A stretch of 64,000 nt of DNA from Candidatus Poribacteria bacterium (GTDB lineage Bacteria > Poribacteria > WGA-4E > WGA-3G): positions 32,633-96,632 of the forward strand of contig JAGFCB010000022.1 in the NCBI GenBank assembly GCA_022394775.1, given 5' to 3'. Position 1 is the stretch's first letter. Each line of letters starts with the position of its first letter. This document shows positions 39,488 through 49,325 of this stretch, piece after piece. The position numbers were made by a program, and so were the translations under genes. Under the pieces are notes generated by a model. That model was given only the letters and a program-made list of their open reading frames with translations. It did not search any database and was not told where the DNA came from.

Positions 39488-41305
39488 CTACTTTAAAATG
39501 AGCATTCGTCGCGTTTGCTGGAAAGAAGGCGTTGTCAGTTGATAGAAGTAGACTCCGCTTGCGACAGGTTCACCTAACGCGTTGCGTCCATCCCAATAGG
39601 CGGCATGTCCTCGGCTCTGGTAGAAACCTGCGGGTTGGTAGCCGAGCCGAAGTGTGCGGATAAGGTTGCCTGTCGCGTCATAGATAGCCAGAGACACAGT
39701 CCCTGCTTCAGCGAGATGATAAGGAATCCATGTTTCAGGGTTAAATGGGTTCGGATAGTTCTGAAGCAGACGACTCTGTTGTGGCGTGCCGATACCGTTG
39801 AGCGTTACGCTTAGCACAGCCTTTTCGAGATTGGCGGCGTTCACTGTGAAGTTAAATTTTTCTGAGACGATATTTCCATTTGTGTCGGTAACAATTAACT
39901 CTATCGTGTCCCCGATTGCCACGACGCTGCGACGGTTGAAGTCGGCGGTAGCAGCAGCGAAATAATTCTCGCGAACCTGAGATGTCATGACAGTATTTGT
40001 CCGGCGGTTTCGGACTCGGACGCTATAACCGTTAAAATGCTGCAAACCTTCTAAGCGTCCGCTGACGACGAATGCCCACGTTTGATCGGGGGTTGTTGTG
40101 TTCGGTGCTGCAGCGGCTTGTCTCTGATGTGTCCACCCTGTGCCTGTGAAGACAACATCGCGCCCTTTTGGTAAATTGACGATATACCCTTTTGCCCCGT
40201 CGATAGGAAATCCGTCGTCGGGTGCGTTTGGTGTCCATGCAATAAAACTCTGATTATCAGCATCAAGCGTAATGACTGTTGTCGCCCCGGTCTTGACTGC
40301 AAGCGAGCGTGCTGCCATGTGGACAGTCGGTTTCAACGGCACAGACAGCATGTTCAAGCCTTGAGAGAGGTGCATAGAGAAAATATTGCCAAAATCTTCT
40401 CCGTTGCGTTGTGTTTTAGGTCTACCGACAAACCCGTGTCTACTGCCATCTGGTAGGTCGTAAAACCCGATAATACTTCCATCCTGATTAACATTTCGGA
40501 CAACTGTAATAACACTGCCTGGGAGTCGTACTTCATAGAGGCTGCCATCTGGCAGGAGGATATAGGACCGCAGAATATCATCTACAGCCTTGGCTCTGAA
40601 ACCGATAACACCGACATCGGTAATAGTGTTCACAAACAGGAATTGGAGGTTCGGCATTGTTGGGAGATCAATAGTGGTGAAACTGCCATCGGGGTGACGT
40701 ATGAACCCATGGGGCATTCCATCGGCATCCACGTAGCTGCCGACGACAGCACCTGCGGCGTTGACAAAGTCCCCATAAGTATTGACGGCTCCTGGGAATG
40801 TAATTATCAGTTCCCCTGAGAAGGCGTGGGTGGTGCCTGCTGCATCAACGATGTTCCCACTCAGTGCCCCTGTTTCATCGCTAAGACCGTAGATGTGGGT
40901 TTCGGCTGCACCGGGAAAATCGTATTGGCGCAGTTCGCCATTTTCTAAGATAACACCGTGGTAAAGTCCATCTATATCTTTGTAATGTCCGGCTGCTTTT
41001 CCAACGTTGTCGAGCGCATAGAAATAAGTATTCTGCGAGCCGGGGAAATCGTAGGTCGTAAAAACACCATCAATCAGCGTAAAGCCGACTGTTTTTTCAC
41101 CATCCGCACTCCGCGTGTTACCCGCGTAATCCCCAAAATCGTTACTCGCCGCCACTTCCAGAAAATCGACGCCGGGGACTTCAATGGTTTCAAAGATGTA
41201 GTCGGCAGTTGGTGTTTCGGCTTCGACCTGTGTAACAGTGTCTATCATGAAGCAAGTGGTCAGAAATATAGACAGAATAAGTGCGACTTTTATGTAGTGA
41301 TGCAT
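39488..41305 (-). CDS. Secreted beta-repeat protein with FlgD-Ig / T9SS-CTD-like C-terminus
   Basis: Signal peptide; YDFPG and HGF repeats; GLNMLSVPL; LLQNYPNPFNPETWIPY...WDGRN...ASGVYFY. Confidence 0.8.
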   Translation of the reverse strand: MHHYIKVALILSIFLTTCFMIDTVTQVEAETPTADYIFETIEVPGVDFLEVAASNDFGDYAGNTRSADGEKTVGFTLIDGVFTTYDFPGSQNTYFYALDNVGKAAGHYKDIDGLYHGVILENGELRQYDFPGAAETHIYGLSDETGALSGNIVDAAGTTHAFSGELIITFPGAVNTYGDFVNAAGAVVGSYVDADGMPHGFIRHPDGSFTTIDLPTMPNLQFLFVNTITDVGVIGFRAKAVDDILRSYILLPDGSLYEVRLPGSVITVVRNVNQDGSIIGFYDLPDGSRHGFVGRPKTQRNGEDFGNIFSMHLSQGLNMLSVPLKPTVHMAARSLAVKTGATTVITLDADNQSFIAWTPNAPDDGFPIDGAKGYIVNLPKGRDVVFTGTGWTHQRQAAAAPNTTTPDQTWAFVVSGRLEGLQHFNGYSVRVRNRRTNTVMTSQVRENYFAAATADFNRRSVVAIGDTIELIVTDTNGNIVSEKFNFTVNAANLEKAVLSVTLNGIGTPQQSRLLQNYPNPFNPETWIPYHLAEAGTVSLAIYDATGNLIRTLRLGYQPAGFYQSRGHAAYWDGRNALGEPVASGVYFYQLTTPSFQQTRRMLILK

Positions 41306-41352
41306 AGCAATCCTTTTAACCCCCCTAACCCCCCTTATCAGGGGGAACCATA

Positions 41353-41469
41353 TATAGTAAAACTTACAATTAACGAGACATCTATAGAAGGCTGGGTTCC
41401 AAACCCAGCCTGCATTGTGGTAGGTTTGTTATTTTCTAAAGTGTTGATTTATTTTTCGGTTTTACTATA
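41353..41469. mobile_element. MITE-like element TATAGTAAA...TTTACTATA
   Basis: Nearly identical copy at 61888-62006. Confidence 0.72.
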
Positions 41470-41506
41470 AATGCGTTATCCAAATTGATCCGAAAAGGAA
41501 CTTTCT

Positions 41507-41560
41507 ATGGATATTATAGCACTTTTCTGTGATATTGACTACTTTTTCTTTTTATTAAGG
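41507..41560 (+). pseudogene. Possible IS982-family transposase N-terminal remnant
   Basis: MDIIALFCDIDYF resembles the LFCxIDDF start of IS982-type transposases; similarity stops immediately after. Confidence 0.4.
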
Positions 41561-41750
41561 ACAGAGCCATTCAATTGTCAGTTCTTTATGATTTTCGCGG
41601 TGGTATCGCGAGCACAGCTCGCTCCTACTGAGGACACTGCCACCCGAAGATCGCGAGCACAGCTCGCTCCTACGGTGAAGAGACTTTAGGTAGAAAATCA
41701 CAATTACCGGAATTCAGTGGTTTGGAGTTGACAGGTCTTTTTTTTTGGAT

Positions 41751-41793
41751 AAAAAAGGTGTCACAGTTATACCGATAGCATAACTGTGACACC
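41751..41793 (-). terminator. Rho-independent terminator of the 887-aa gene
   Basis: 14-bp perfect stem GGTGTCACAGTTAT/ATAACTGTGACACC followed by T6 on the - strand. Confidence 0.8.
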
Positions 41794-41816
41794 TGCAAGT
41801 TCTCTACGGATAGACG

Positions 41817-44480
41817 CTATTTTACAATGACGAGTCGGCGTGTTTGCTGGAAAGCGGGGGTCGTCAACTGGTAGAAATAGATCCCGCTCGCAACACGCTC
41901 ACCTAAGGCGTTACGACCATCCCAATACGCCGCACGTTCCCGACTGTTGTAGAAACCAGTGGGTTGGAAGCCGAGTTCCAGTGTGCGAATCAACTTACCT
42001 GTTGTATCATAAATGGATACGGATACAGCACTGTCCTCGGAAAGTTGATACGGAATCCATGTCTCAGGGTTAAACGGGTTCGGGTAATTCTGCAGCAACA
42101 GGTTCTGACTCGGTTTACCGATACCATCAAGCCTGACAGATAGAACCGCGTTTGCAAGATGCTCAGGCGTCACTGTAAAATTGGCGGTTTGTGATTCAAG
42201 ATTGCCATTCGGACCGAGGACGCGCAACTCAATCACATCTCCGACTTGGACGACGCTGCGTCGCGTCAAGTCGGCAGTTGCCGCAGCGAAGTAATCCCCT
42301 TGCACGGAAGTGGTTATGACGCTGTTAGTCCTCAGGTTACGGACGATGACTTGGTAGCCTTCCAATGTGGGTTTGCCTGCCAAGTGTCCGCTAACAACGA
42401 ACGCCCACGCTGCTTGGGCAACCTCCCTATCGGTAACAGCAGTGGGTGCTGCAGGGGTTTCTTCGGCGGGATCTGTCCAAGGTGCACCGAAGAAAGCGAA
42501 GTTGCGTGCTTCCGGGACATTGACGATATAGCCTTTGGCACCTTCAATCGGGAACCCGTCATCGGGTGCGCTCGGTGTCCATGCCACGAACTGCTGGCTT
42601 GCCGCGTCAAGCTTAATGACGGTCGTTGCCCCCGTCAAAGCAACAAGTGTCTTGGCAGTCATGGGAGTTATTGGTGCCAATGGCACAGAAAGCATGTTCA
42701 AACCTTTCGTCAGCGTGACGTTGTAGACGTTGCCGAAATAGTCGCTCACTGCTTCAGTAGCGGGTCTAGCGATGAACCCGTGTCTACGTCCATCCGCGGA
42801 TACATAATTCCCTACGATAGAGCCGTCCTGATTGATATTCCAGCCTTCCGTGCTAACGCTGCCCGGTGCCTGTAATTCAGAACGTCCACGTGCTGAGCCG
42901 ATATAGGTGCGCGGGACATCATCGATCCGTTTGGAACGGGCAACGAAAACCCCTGCAGTGTTGATCGCATGAAAAAAATAGTATTCAAGGTTTTCGGCAT
43001 CAGCCAAGTCGATAGATGTAAATTGGCCGTGCGTATGTATATATCCGTGATAAAGCCCCTCAGCATCGACGTAGCTCCCCACGAGTCGCCCTGCAGCCAC
43101 AAAGTCGGCGAAGGTCTCCGAGGCACCAGGGACTTCAATGACGGTATCACCGGTGAACCCACGCCGCACGCCCTGAGCGTCCGTGAAATTCCCTGTCAGC
43201 GCGCCTGTTTCATCAGAAATCCCATATATCTCCGTTTCAACAGCACCCGGAAAATCGTATTGCCTAAGCACACCCTTTTCCAAGATAACGCCGTGATAGA
43301 ACCCCTCACTGTCTTGGTAATGTCCGGCAGCGCGACCATCATTACCGAGTGCGTAGAAATAGGTGTTCTCTGCGTTGGGGAAAGCGTAGGTCGTAAAAAC
43401 GCCGTCAATGAGCGTAAAGGCGACCATCTTTTGACCCTCAGCACTTTTCGTGTAGCCGGCGTAATCCTCAAAGTCACTGCTCGCCGTCAACGCTAAAAAC
43501 TCTATCCCTGGCACATCAATACTCTCAAACGTATAGTTAGAGAAGGTCGGTTGTAGAGCAGGTGCCCCAGCGGGTCTGGCGATGAACCCGTATCTGCGTC
43601 CATCGGCGAGATCGTAGTACCCGACGACAGAGCCATCCTGATTGATGTTCCAACCTTGCGTGCTAACGCTCTCCGGAACTTGTAATTCCACTCGCCCGCG
43701 GAATGTGCTGACATGGGTACGCGTGACATCACCGACCAGTTTGGAGCGGGTAACGTAGACCCCCGCCTTATTGATACCGTGCACAAGAACGAATTCGATC
43801 TGTGCGGCGTTTGGGATGTCAACAGACCGATACTCGCCATCCGGGGTAAGCACGTAAGTGTGATAGAGTCCGTCCGCATCGATGTAGCTGCCGACGAGCC
43901 GTCCTTCAGATACAAAGTCGGCGAAGGTCTCCGAAGCACCGGGCACCGCAATGATAGTGTCGCCTGTGAACCCACGCCGCACGCCCTGAGCGTCCGTGAA
44001 ATTCCCTGTCAGCGCGCCTGTTTCATCAGAAATCCCGTATATCTCCGTTTCAACAGCACCCGGGAAATCGTATTGCTGCAGTTCACCATCTTTCAGAACG
44101 ACTCCGTGGTAAAGCCCCTCGCTATCCTCGTAGTGCCCAGCAGCATTTCCATTATTACCGAGTGCGTAGAAATAGGTGTTCTTTGAACCTGGGAAATCAT
44201 AAGTCGTAAAAACACCATCAATCAGCGTAAAGGCGACGATTTTTTCACCATCAGGACTTTTCGTGTTACCCGCATAGTCCTCAAAGTCGCTACTTGCCGT
44301 CAACACCAAGAAGTCTACACCCGGAACTTCGATCGTCTCAAAAGTATAGTCGGCATTGGCGGGCGCGACAACGGGTTCGGTGTTGTCTTGTGCAGCAGTA
44401 TCCCATAGCAAAAGGGAATTGAAGCACATAAACAACATAAATACGGAAAATAAAAAATGGGTCTTAATTCGAATATGCAT
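41817..44480 (-). CDS. Secreted beta-repeat protein (duplicated domain) with FlgD-Ig / T9SS-CTD-like C-terminus; paralog of 39488-41305
   Basis: Two ~271-aa YTFE(T/S)I(E/D)VPG domains, GLNMLSVPL, NYPNPFNPETWIPY tail. Confidence 0.82.
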   Translation of the reverse strand: MHIRIKTHFLFSVFMLFMCFNSLLLWDTAAQDNTEPVVAPANADYTFETIEVPGVDFLVLTASSDFEDYAGNTKSPDGEKIVAFTLIDGVFTTYDFPGSKNTYFYALGNNGNAAGHYEDSEGLYHGVVLKDGELQQYDFPGAVETEIYGISDETGALTGNFTDAQGVRRGFTGDTIIAVPGASETFADFVSEGRLVGSYIDADGLYHTYVLTPDGEYRSVDIPNAAQIEFVLVHGINKAGVYVTRSKLVGDVTRTHVSTFRGRVELQVPESVSTQGWNINQDGSVVGYYDLADGRRYGFIARPAGAPALQPTFSNYTFESIDVPGIEFLALTASSDFEDYAGYTKSAEGQKMVAFTLIDGVFTTYAFPNAENTYFYALGNDGRAAGHYQDSEGFYHGVILEKGVLRQYDFPGAVETEIYGISDETGALTGNFTDAQGVRRGFTGDTVIEVPGASETFADFVAAGRLVGSYVDAEGLYHGYIHTHGQFTSIDLADAENLEYYFFHAINTAGVFVARSKRIDDVPRTYIGSARGRSELQAPGSVSTEGWNINQDGSIVGNYVSADGRRHGFIARPATEAVSDYFGNVYNVTLTKGLNMLSVPLAPITPMTAKTLVALTGATTVIKLDAASQQFVAWTPSAPDDGFPIEGAKGYIVNVPEARNFAFFGAPWTDPAEETPAAPTAVTDREVAQAAWAFVVSGHLAGKPTLEGYQVIVRNLRTNSVITTSVQGDYFAAATADLTRRSVVQVGDVIELRVLGPNGNLESQTANFTVTPEHLANAVLSVRLDGIGKPSQNLLLQNYPNPFNPETWIPYQLSEDSAVSVSIYDTTGKLIRTLELGFQPTGFYNSRERAAYWDGRNALGERVASGIYFYQLTTPAFQQTRRLVIVK

Positions 44481-44585
44481 AATAGATATTTCTCCAAAAT
44501 AAGCAGATTACCGTTTACAGTTAGAAAGGATATTAGGAAGTATTTTTCAATTATTAGCCTCTAATATTTTGTCCTAATCTAACTC

Positions 44586-44615
44586 ATAATAGCACAAACT
44601 CGATTTATGTGTCAA
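44586..44615 (-). promoter_or_regulatory. sigma70-like promoter with extended -10
   Basis: TTGACA-18-TATTAT with TG at the extended -10 position. Confidence 0.55.
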
Positions 44616-44902
44616 ATGAGATTGTGGGTAATGTCAAAATCGGAGAAAATCAACAGGATGTTTCTGCTGAAAGAGGATGTGAACACCTCTAACCTTTGCG
44701 TCCCAACTTGCGTTAGGCTTAAAAGAGTGTCCCAGTTACGCAACAGCATAACTGAGACACTTCACTTAATTATTTCATTCCCTATAAGTAACACCTATAA
44801 TTAGGCACACTCAAACAGTGTGAATGCCTATAACAGCCATTCACACTGGCACAGGCTAACAGCCTATGCTACAAAAGGAGGTCTGCATAAATCCTATAAA
44901 AG

Positions 44903-45904
44903 TTATTCGTCCCAAGGGAGCGGTACGCCTAATCGTTCACTAACCTCGCGTGCGGATTCTTGTTCTGCTTCCCCGTAACGGATACCTTCGCGGCGATGCA
45001 GTTCTGTGCGTTCTGCTTCAATCGCGCCCGGTAGCAGTGCCCTATCGGTTCCCGGCATCGGTTCGTAAGTTTCACGGACATCATGTACCATGCGGTCAAC
45101 TTCGGTATAGAAAACATCAGGCGGCACAACGGATTCAATATTTATTGCGAGTACCATACCACCCTGTGGGGGTTTCCATTTTGCGGTGTCTTCGGGTGGC
45201 GGTTCGGTAAAGCCGGTGAGTCCACCGCCGAGCAGATGTGCTATAGCAGTATAGCCGATGCTTTTGAAGAAAGCAGCGGGGATCATTGAAAGCAATGCAT
45301 CAAAATCAGGACCGCGTTGGTAATCCGCCATGATACAGGTCGCTGCGTCGAGCACAACGGGTGGTTCATCACCAGAAGGAATCGCGAAACATATCGGTGG
45401 GTTACCAAAATAACCGAGCTGGGGTTTAGGGTCTCGGTTTCCAGCGTTGCCGTGGTTCCGGGATCCCTGTACCGAGAAACCGATGCAACCGGCTTCGTTA
45501 CACATACGTGCATAGTGTCCAGCAGACCCATAGTGTCCGATGTAGCGGACGAGTCCCATCCCGATCCCTACTTCTTTTGCTTTGGCGATGGCGTGTTCAG
45601 TAGCACGCACCATTGGAAGGTAGCCGAGTGTGCCGTTACCGTCAAGCACGACAGCCGTCGGTGTTTCATGGATGACGCGGATATTCGGGTTCGGATTGAG
45701 GCCTCCGCTTTCAAAGCCTCTGCAATACCTGTTAACGGTTTGCGTGCCGTGACTACGGACACCGCGTAAGTCGGAGTTGACGAGTAACCGGCTGATGAGT
45801 GCGGCGTGTTCGTGTGTAAGACCGGCTTTCTCAAAGCAAGCGCTGGAGAAATTGAGAAGTCGCTCTTCATCGACTAAGACGAAATCTTCTGGTGGTCTGT
45901 TCAT
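44903..45904 (-). CDS. Ldh_2 (malate/L-lactate/ureidoglycolate dehydrogenase-like) oxidoreductase, copy 2
   Basis: DLRGVRSHG, GHYGSAGHY, GNPPICFAIP, LDAAT, LLPG. Confidence 0.88.
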   Translation of the reverse strand: MNRPPEDFVLVDEERLLNFSSACFEKAGLTHEHAALISRLLVNSDLRGVRSHGTQTVNRYCRGFESGGLNPNPNIRVIHETPTAVVLDGNGTLGYLPMVRATEHAIAKAKEVGIGMGLVRYIGHYGSAGHYARMCNEAGCIGFSVQGSRNHGNAGNRDPKPQLGYFGNPPICFAIPSGDEPPVVLDAATCIMADYQRGPDFDALLSMIPAAFFKSIGYTAIAHLLGGGLTGFTEPPPEDTAKWKPPQGGMVLAINIESVVPPDVFYTEVDRMVHDVRETYEPMPGTDRALLPGAIEAERTELHRREGIRYGEAEQESAREVSERLGVPLPWDE

Positions 45905-45914
45905 GTTTTTTCCT

Positions 45915-46039
45915 TAGGACTTATGCAAAAAACACCAAGTGCGGTATGTCTAACCCCCTAAAGAATCAACGGTATGAATGCCTTATGGGCATTCCCCGCC
46001 CCTTATCAGGGGACTTTAAGAAACAGTGCATAAATCCTA
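45915..46039. mobile_element. MITE-like element (TAGGACTTATGCA...TGCATAAATCCTA) between the Ldh paralogs
   Basis: Imperfect TIRs of the AGGACTTACGCA family enclosing GAATGCC hairpin and CCCCTTATCAGGGG repeats. Confidence 0.6.
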
Positions 46040-46059
46040 TTCCTTTAAGGATGTAATGG

Positions 46060-47064
46060 CTATTCGTCCCATGGGAGTGGCACGCCTAATCGCTCACTGA
46101 CCCCGCGTGCGGATTCCTGTTCCATCTCACCGTACTGGATGCCTTCGTTGCGATGTTGTTCTGTGCGTTCTGTCTCAATTGCACCCGGTAGTAGTGCTCT
46201 ATCGGTTCCCGGCAATGGTTCGTAGGTTTCGCGGACATCGTGTACCATGCGATCGACTTCTGCGTTGAAAACAGGGGTTGGCACGACGGATTCTATGTCT
46301 ATTGCAAGTACCATGCCGCCCATTCTACCGCCGCTCCATTTTGCGGTGTCTTCAGGGGGTGGTTCAGTAAATCCAGTCAATGCCCCACCGAGCAGGCTTG
46401 CCACGGCGGTATAGCCGACGCTCTTGAAGAAAGCTGCGGGTATAATTGAAAGCAGTGCATCAAAATCAGGACCGCGCTGATAGTCTGCCATAATACAGGT
46501 TGCTGCGTCGAGTATGACCGGCGGTTCATCACCGGAAGGGATGGCAAAGCAGATGGGAGGGTTGCCATAGTAGCCGAGCTGCGGTTTAGGGTCTCGGTTT
46601 CCAGCGTTGCCTTGGTTCTGGTATCCTTGCACTGAAAAACCGATGCAACCGTTTTCGTTACAGATACGCGCATAATGTCCTGCGGAGCCGTAGTGTCCGA
46701 TATAGCGGACGAGTCCCATCCCGATGCCGACCTCTTTTGCTTTAGCAATCGCGTGTTCGGTGGCACGGACTGTCGGAAGGTAGCCGAGTGTGCCGTTGCC
46801 GTCGAGTACGACGGCGGTCGGTGTTTCGTGGATGATTCGGATATCTGGATTCGGGTTGAAACTCCCGTTTTCAAAGCCGCCGCAATACCCGTTAACGGTC
46901 CGGGTACCGTGGCTGCGGACACCGCGTAGGTCAGAATTAACGAGGAGTCGGCTGATGAGTGCGGCGTGTTCGTGTGTGATACCTGCTTTCTCAAAGCAGG
47001 CGGTAGAGAAGTTAAGGAGCCGTTCTTCGTCTACAAGGACGAAATCTTCTGGCGGTCGATTCAT
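46060..47064 (-). CDS. Ldh_2 family oxidoreductase, copy 1
   Basis: Same motifs; colinear with the downstream paralog. Confidence 0.88.
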   Translation of the reverse strand: MNRPPEDFVLVDEERLLNFSTACFEKAGITHEHAALISRLLVNSDLRGVRSHGTRTVNGYCGGFENGSFNPNPDIRIIHETPTAVVLDGNGTLGYLPTVRATEHAIAKAKEVGIGMGLVRYIGHYGSAGHYARICNENGCIGFSVQGYQNQGNAGNRDPKPQLGYYGNPPICFAIPSGDEPPVILDAATCIMADYQRGPDFDALLSIIPAAFFKSVGYTAVASLLGGALTGFTEPPPEDTAKWSGGRMGGMVLAIDIESVVPTPVFNAEVDRMVHDVRETYEPLPGTDRALLPGAIETERTEQHRNEGIQYGEMEQESARGVSERLGVPLPWDE

Positions 47065-47416
47065 GTGTTTCTCCTTCGCGGCGAAATCCGACAGGTGTCC
47101 GTGTTATCACTGGATTTGTTAGACTGATTCACGGGACCCTGCCCAACAAGCTTGTGTTTATGTGATAGACTCTAATAACTATATCATAAAACTTGTCGGG
47201 TGTCACGTTTTTTGTAAAAAGTAGTAGAAACGTGAGTTCGAAAAAAAGATGGACGCAAACTATGGTGAAACTTACAATTAATGGGACACTCTCAAACAGT
47301 CTGAATGCCTATGACAGGCATTCAGACTGGCACAAACTAACAGTTTGTGCTACAAAGATGTCTATTTATTTTTCACGCTCACTATAAAAGTTTACGCTAC
47401 AAATAGGAGTTTTGGA

Positions 47417-49150
47417 CTATTTTTTTTCTAAAGTTGTTTCCCGTTTGGTGATTCGCACAGTGCCATTTTGATGCACGTGTGCAGTCGTCGCGCCATCGGC
47501 GGAATGCAACAACCCCTTGGAACCACTTAGCATGTCAGCAGGCGTTGGGGTAAGTTTCCTCCCAGTTTCGGCATCCCATACCCGCACCTTATTTTTCCAA
47601 TCCCCGGTAGCGATTATTCTTTTACCATCCTTTGAAAATACCACAGTATAAACTGCACCTGGTCCTTTAAATATGACCCGTTTGCGTATTCCCACCCTTG
47701 CATCCCACAAATACACCGTCCCTTTTTCGACGGTATAATAATCGCCGCCCGTAACGATAGTCTTCCCATCGGGAGAATAAGCGATAGAATTTATATCATA
47801 TTCACGGTTTTGAAGTAGCAAAAAAATGGTGTCAATCAACCCGAAATGCTCGAGTGTTGCTTTATGTTTGCCGGTTTTCGCATCTCGTAACAGGACTCGA
47901 TCATTGTATGAACTTACCACAGCGATCGTCTTGCCATCGGGAGAGTATTTGATGTCAAAAATGATACCTCTGTCTCCAGTAAAAGTGTTTTTAAGTTCTC
48001 CAGTGGACACATCCCAAAAGTGGACCATCCCATCTTGATTCCCGGTGACAATTGTTTTGCTGTCGGGCGCGTACGCGGCGGCGTTGATACGCATATATCC
48101 TATGAGTGTCGCTTTCGCTTGACCGGTTGCGGCATCCCACAATCGCACTGTACCATCTGAACTGGCGGTAGCAATAATATTTCCATCGGGTGAATATACA
48201 ACGGATTTGGTTCTCTTTGTATGTCCAGTGAAAGTGGATTTAAGTTTCATTGTCCGTGTGTCCCACAATTGTACGTCCCCGTTCCCCGCTCCACAGACGA
48301 TGGTGTTTCCATCTGGAGAATATCCGATCGATGTTACACTTTCCTTGTCTGAAGAGAGTGTAGTTTTGTGAGTTCCGGTGGTAACATCCCACAACCGAAT
48401 TGTCCCATCGTAGCTGCCTGTTGCGATGGTCTTGCTATCTGGAGAATATGCTGCGCAGGAAACCCGTTTTGTATGTCCAGTAAGCATGATTTTGTGTTTG
48501 CCAGTTTTTCCATCCGACAAGTGTACCGTGTTAACATCCCCAACAGTAGCGTAAGTTGTCCCATCTGGAGCGAATATAACAAAAGTCCCCCATTTCGTCT
48601 GCATTTTATTTGTGAAAATGTTTTCTCCTGTTTGCGCATTCCATAATCGGACTGTGTTGTCACGCTCCCATCCCCCCGTAGCGATGGTCTCTCCATCTGG
48701 AGAATATGCGATTGAATTAACACGCCATAGGTGCCCTATGAGTATTGCTTTATCTTCTCCAGTAGCGACATCCCATATCTCCACTGCTGGTATACTACGT
48801 CCTCTCATCCGTTCCGGTTTATCCCAACTTGTACTCGCAATTGTTTTGCCGTCAGGGGAATATGCGAAAGCGTAAGGACGCGCGAAAGTATAAGGACGCG
48901 TAATGTGTGAACGGCTTAATAATTCCAACGCTTTTCCTGTTTCGGGATCGTGGAACCAGATACCGATAGAGGTTGAAATCGCCAATTGACTACCATCTGG
49001 AGAGAAGTGGACTTCGCCGAGGGCACCTTTGCCGATGCGTGCTACGACCCCTTCGGGTAAGCCGATTTGTGGGTTATCCTGTGCGGTTAATGGGGAACAG
49101 CAGACGCAAGCGATAATTATCGTGAAGATGAAAGAAAAGGAAGTTTTCAT
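47417..49150 (-). CDS. Secreted WD40 repeat protein
   Basis: Signal peptide; LPEGVVARIGKG; many AYSPDG..IAT...DGTVRLWD units. Confidence 0.92.
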   Translation of the reverse strand: MKTSFSFIFTIIIACVCCSPLTAQDNPQIGLPEGVVARIGKGALGEVHFSPDGSQLAISTSIGIWFHDPETGKALELLSRSHITRPYTFARPYAFAYSPDGKTIASTSWDKPERMRGRSIPAVEIWDVATGEDKAILIGHLWRVNSIAYSPDGETIATGGWERDNTVRLWNAQTGENIFTNKMQTKWGTFVIFAPDGTTYATVGDVNTVHLSDGKTGKHKIMLTGHTKRVSCAAYSPDSKTIATGSYDGTIRLWDVTTGTHKTTLSSDKESVTSIGYSPDGNTIVCGAGNGDVQLWDTRTMKLKSTFTGHTKRTKSVVYSPDGNIIATASSDGTVRLWDAATGQAKATLIGYMRINAAAYAPDSKTIVTGNQDGMVHFWDVSTGELKNTFTGDRGIIFDIKYSPDGKTIAVVSSYNDRVLLRDAKTGKHKATLEHFGLIDTIFLLLQNREYDINSIAYSPDGKTIVTGGDYYTVEKGTVYLWDARVGIRKRVIFKGPGAVYTVVFSKDGKRIIATGDWKNKVRVWDAETGRKLTPTPADMLSGSKGLLHSADGATTAHVHQNGTVRITKRETTLEKK

Positions 49151-49325
49151 AAGGTGGTGTCTCCGTTTTGTATGCGCAAATAGTTCATTTTCTCAAAAAA
49201 CCGATTGGGTTCGTTTCCTAACACTATTTTTGTTGTAATGTGTTTCGGCTTCTTTCAGAAAAATCAAGCTTGCTCAACATTGGAGACTCAGCACACACGA
49301 AAACTTCCTATTATGTCCACCACTT

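Noticed and set aside
43153-44076. Diversity-generating retroelement TR/VR pair
   Set aside because: Both copies are in frame within one gene, with only two synonymous differences, and there is no reverse transcriptase in the window
44847-47345. sigma54 promoters at TGGCAC sites
   Set aside because: No TTGC at the -12 position, and the sites lie inside REP hairpins
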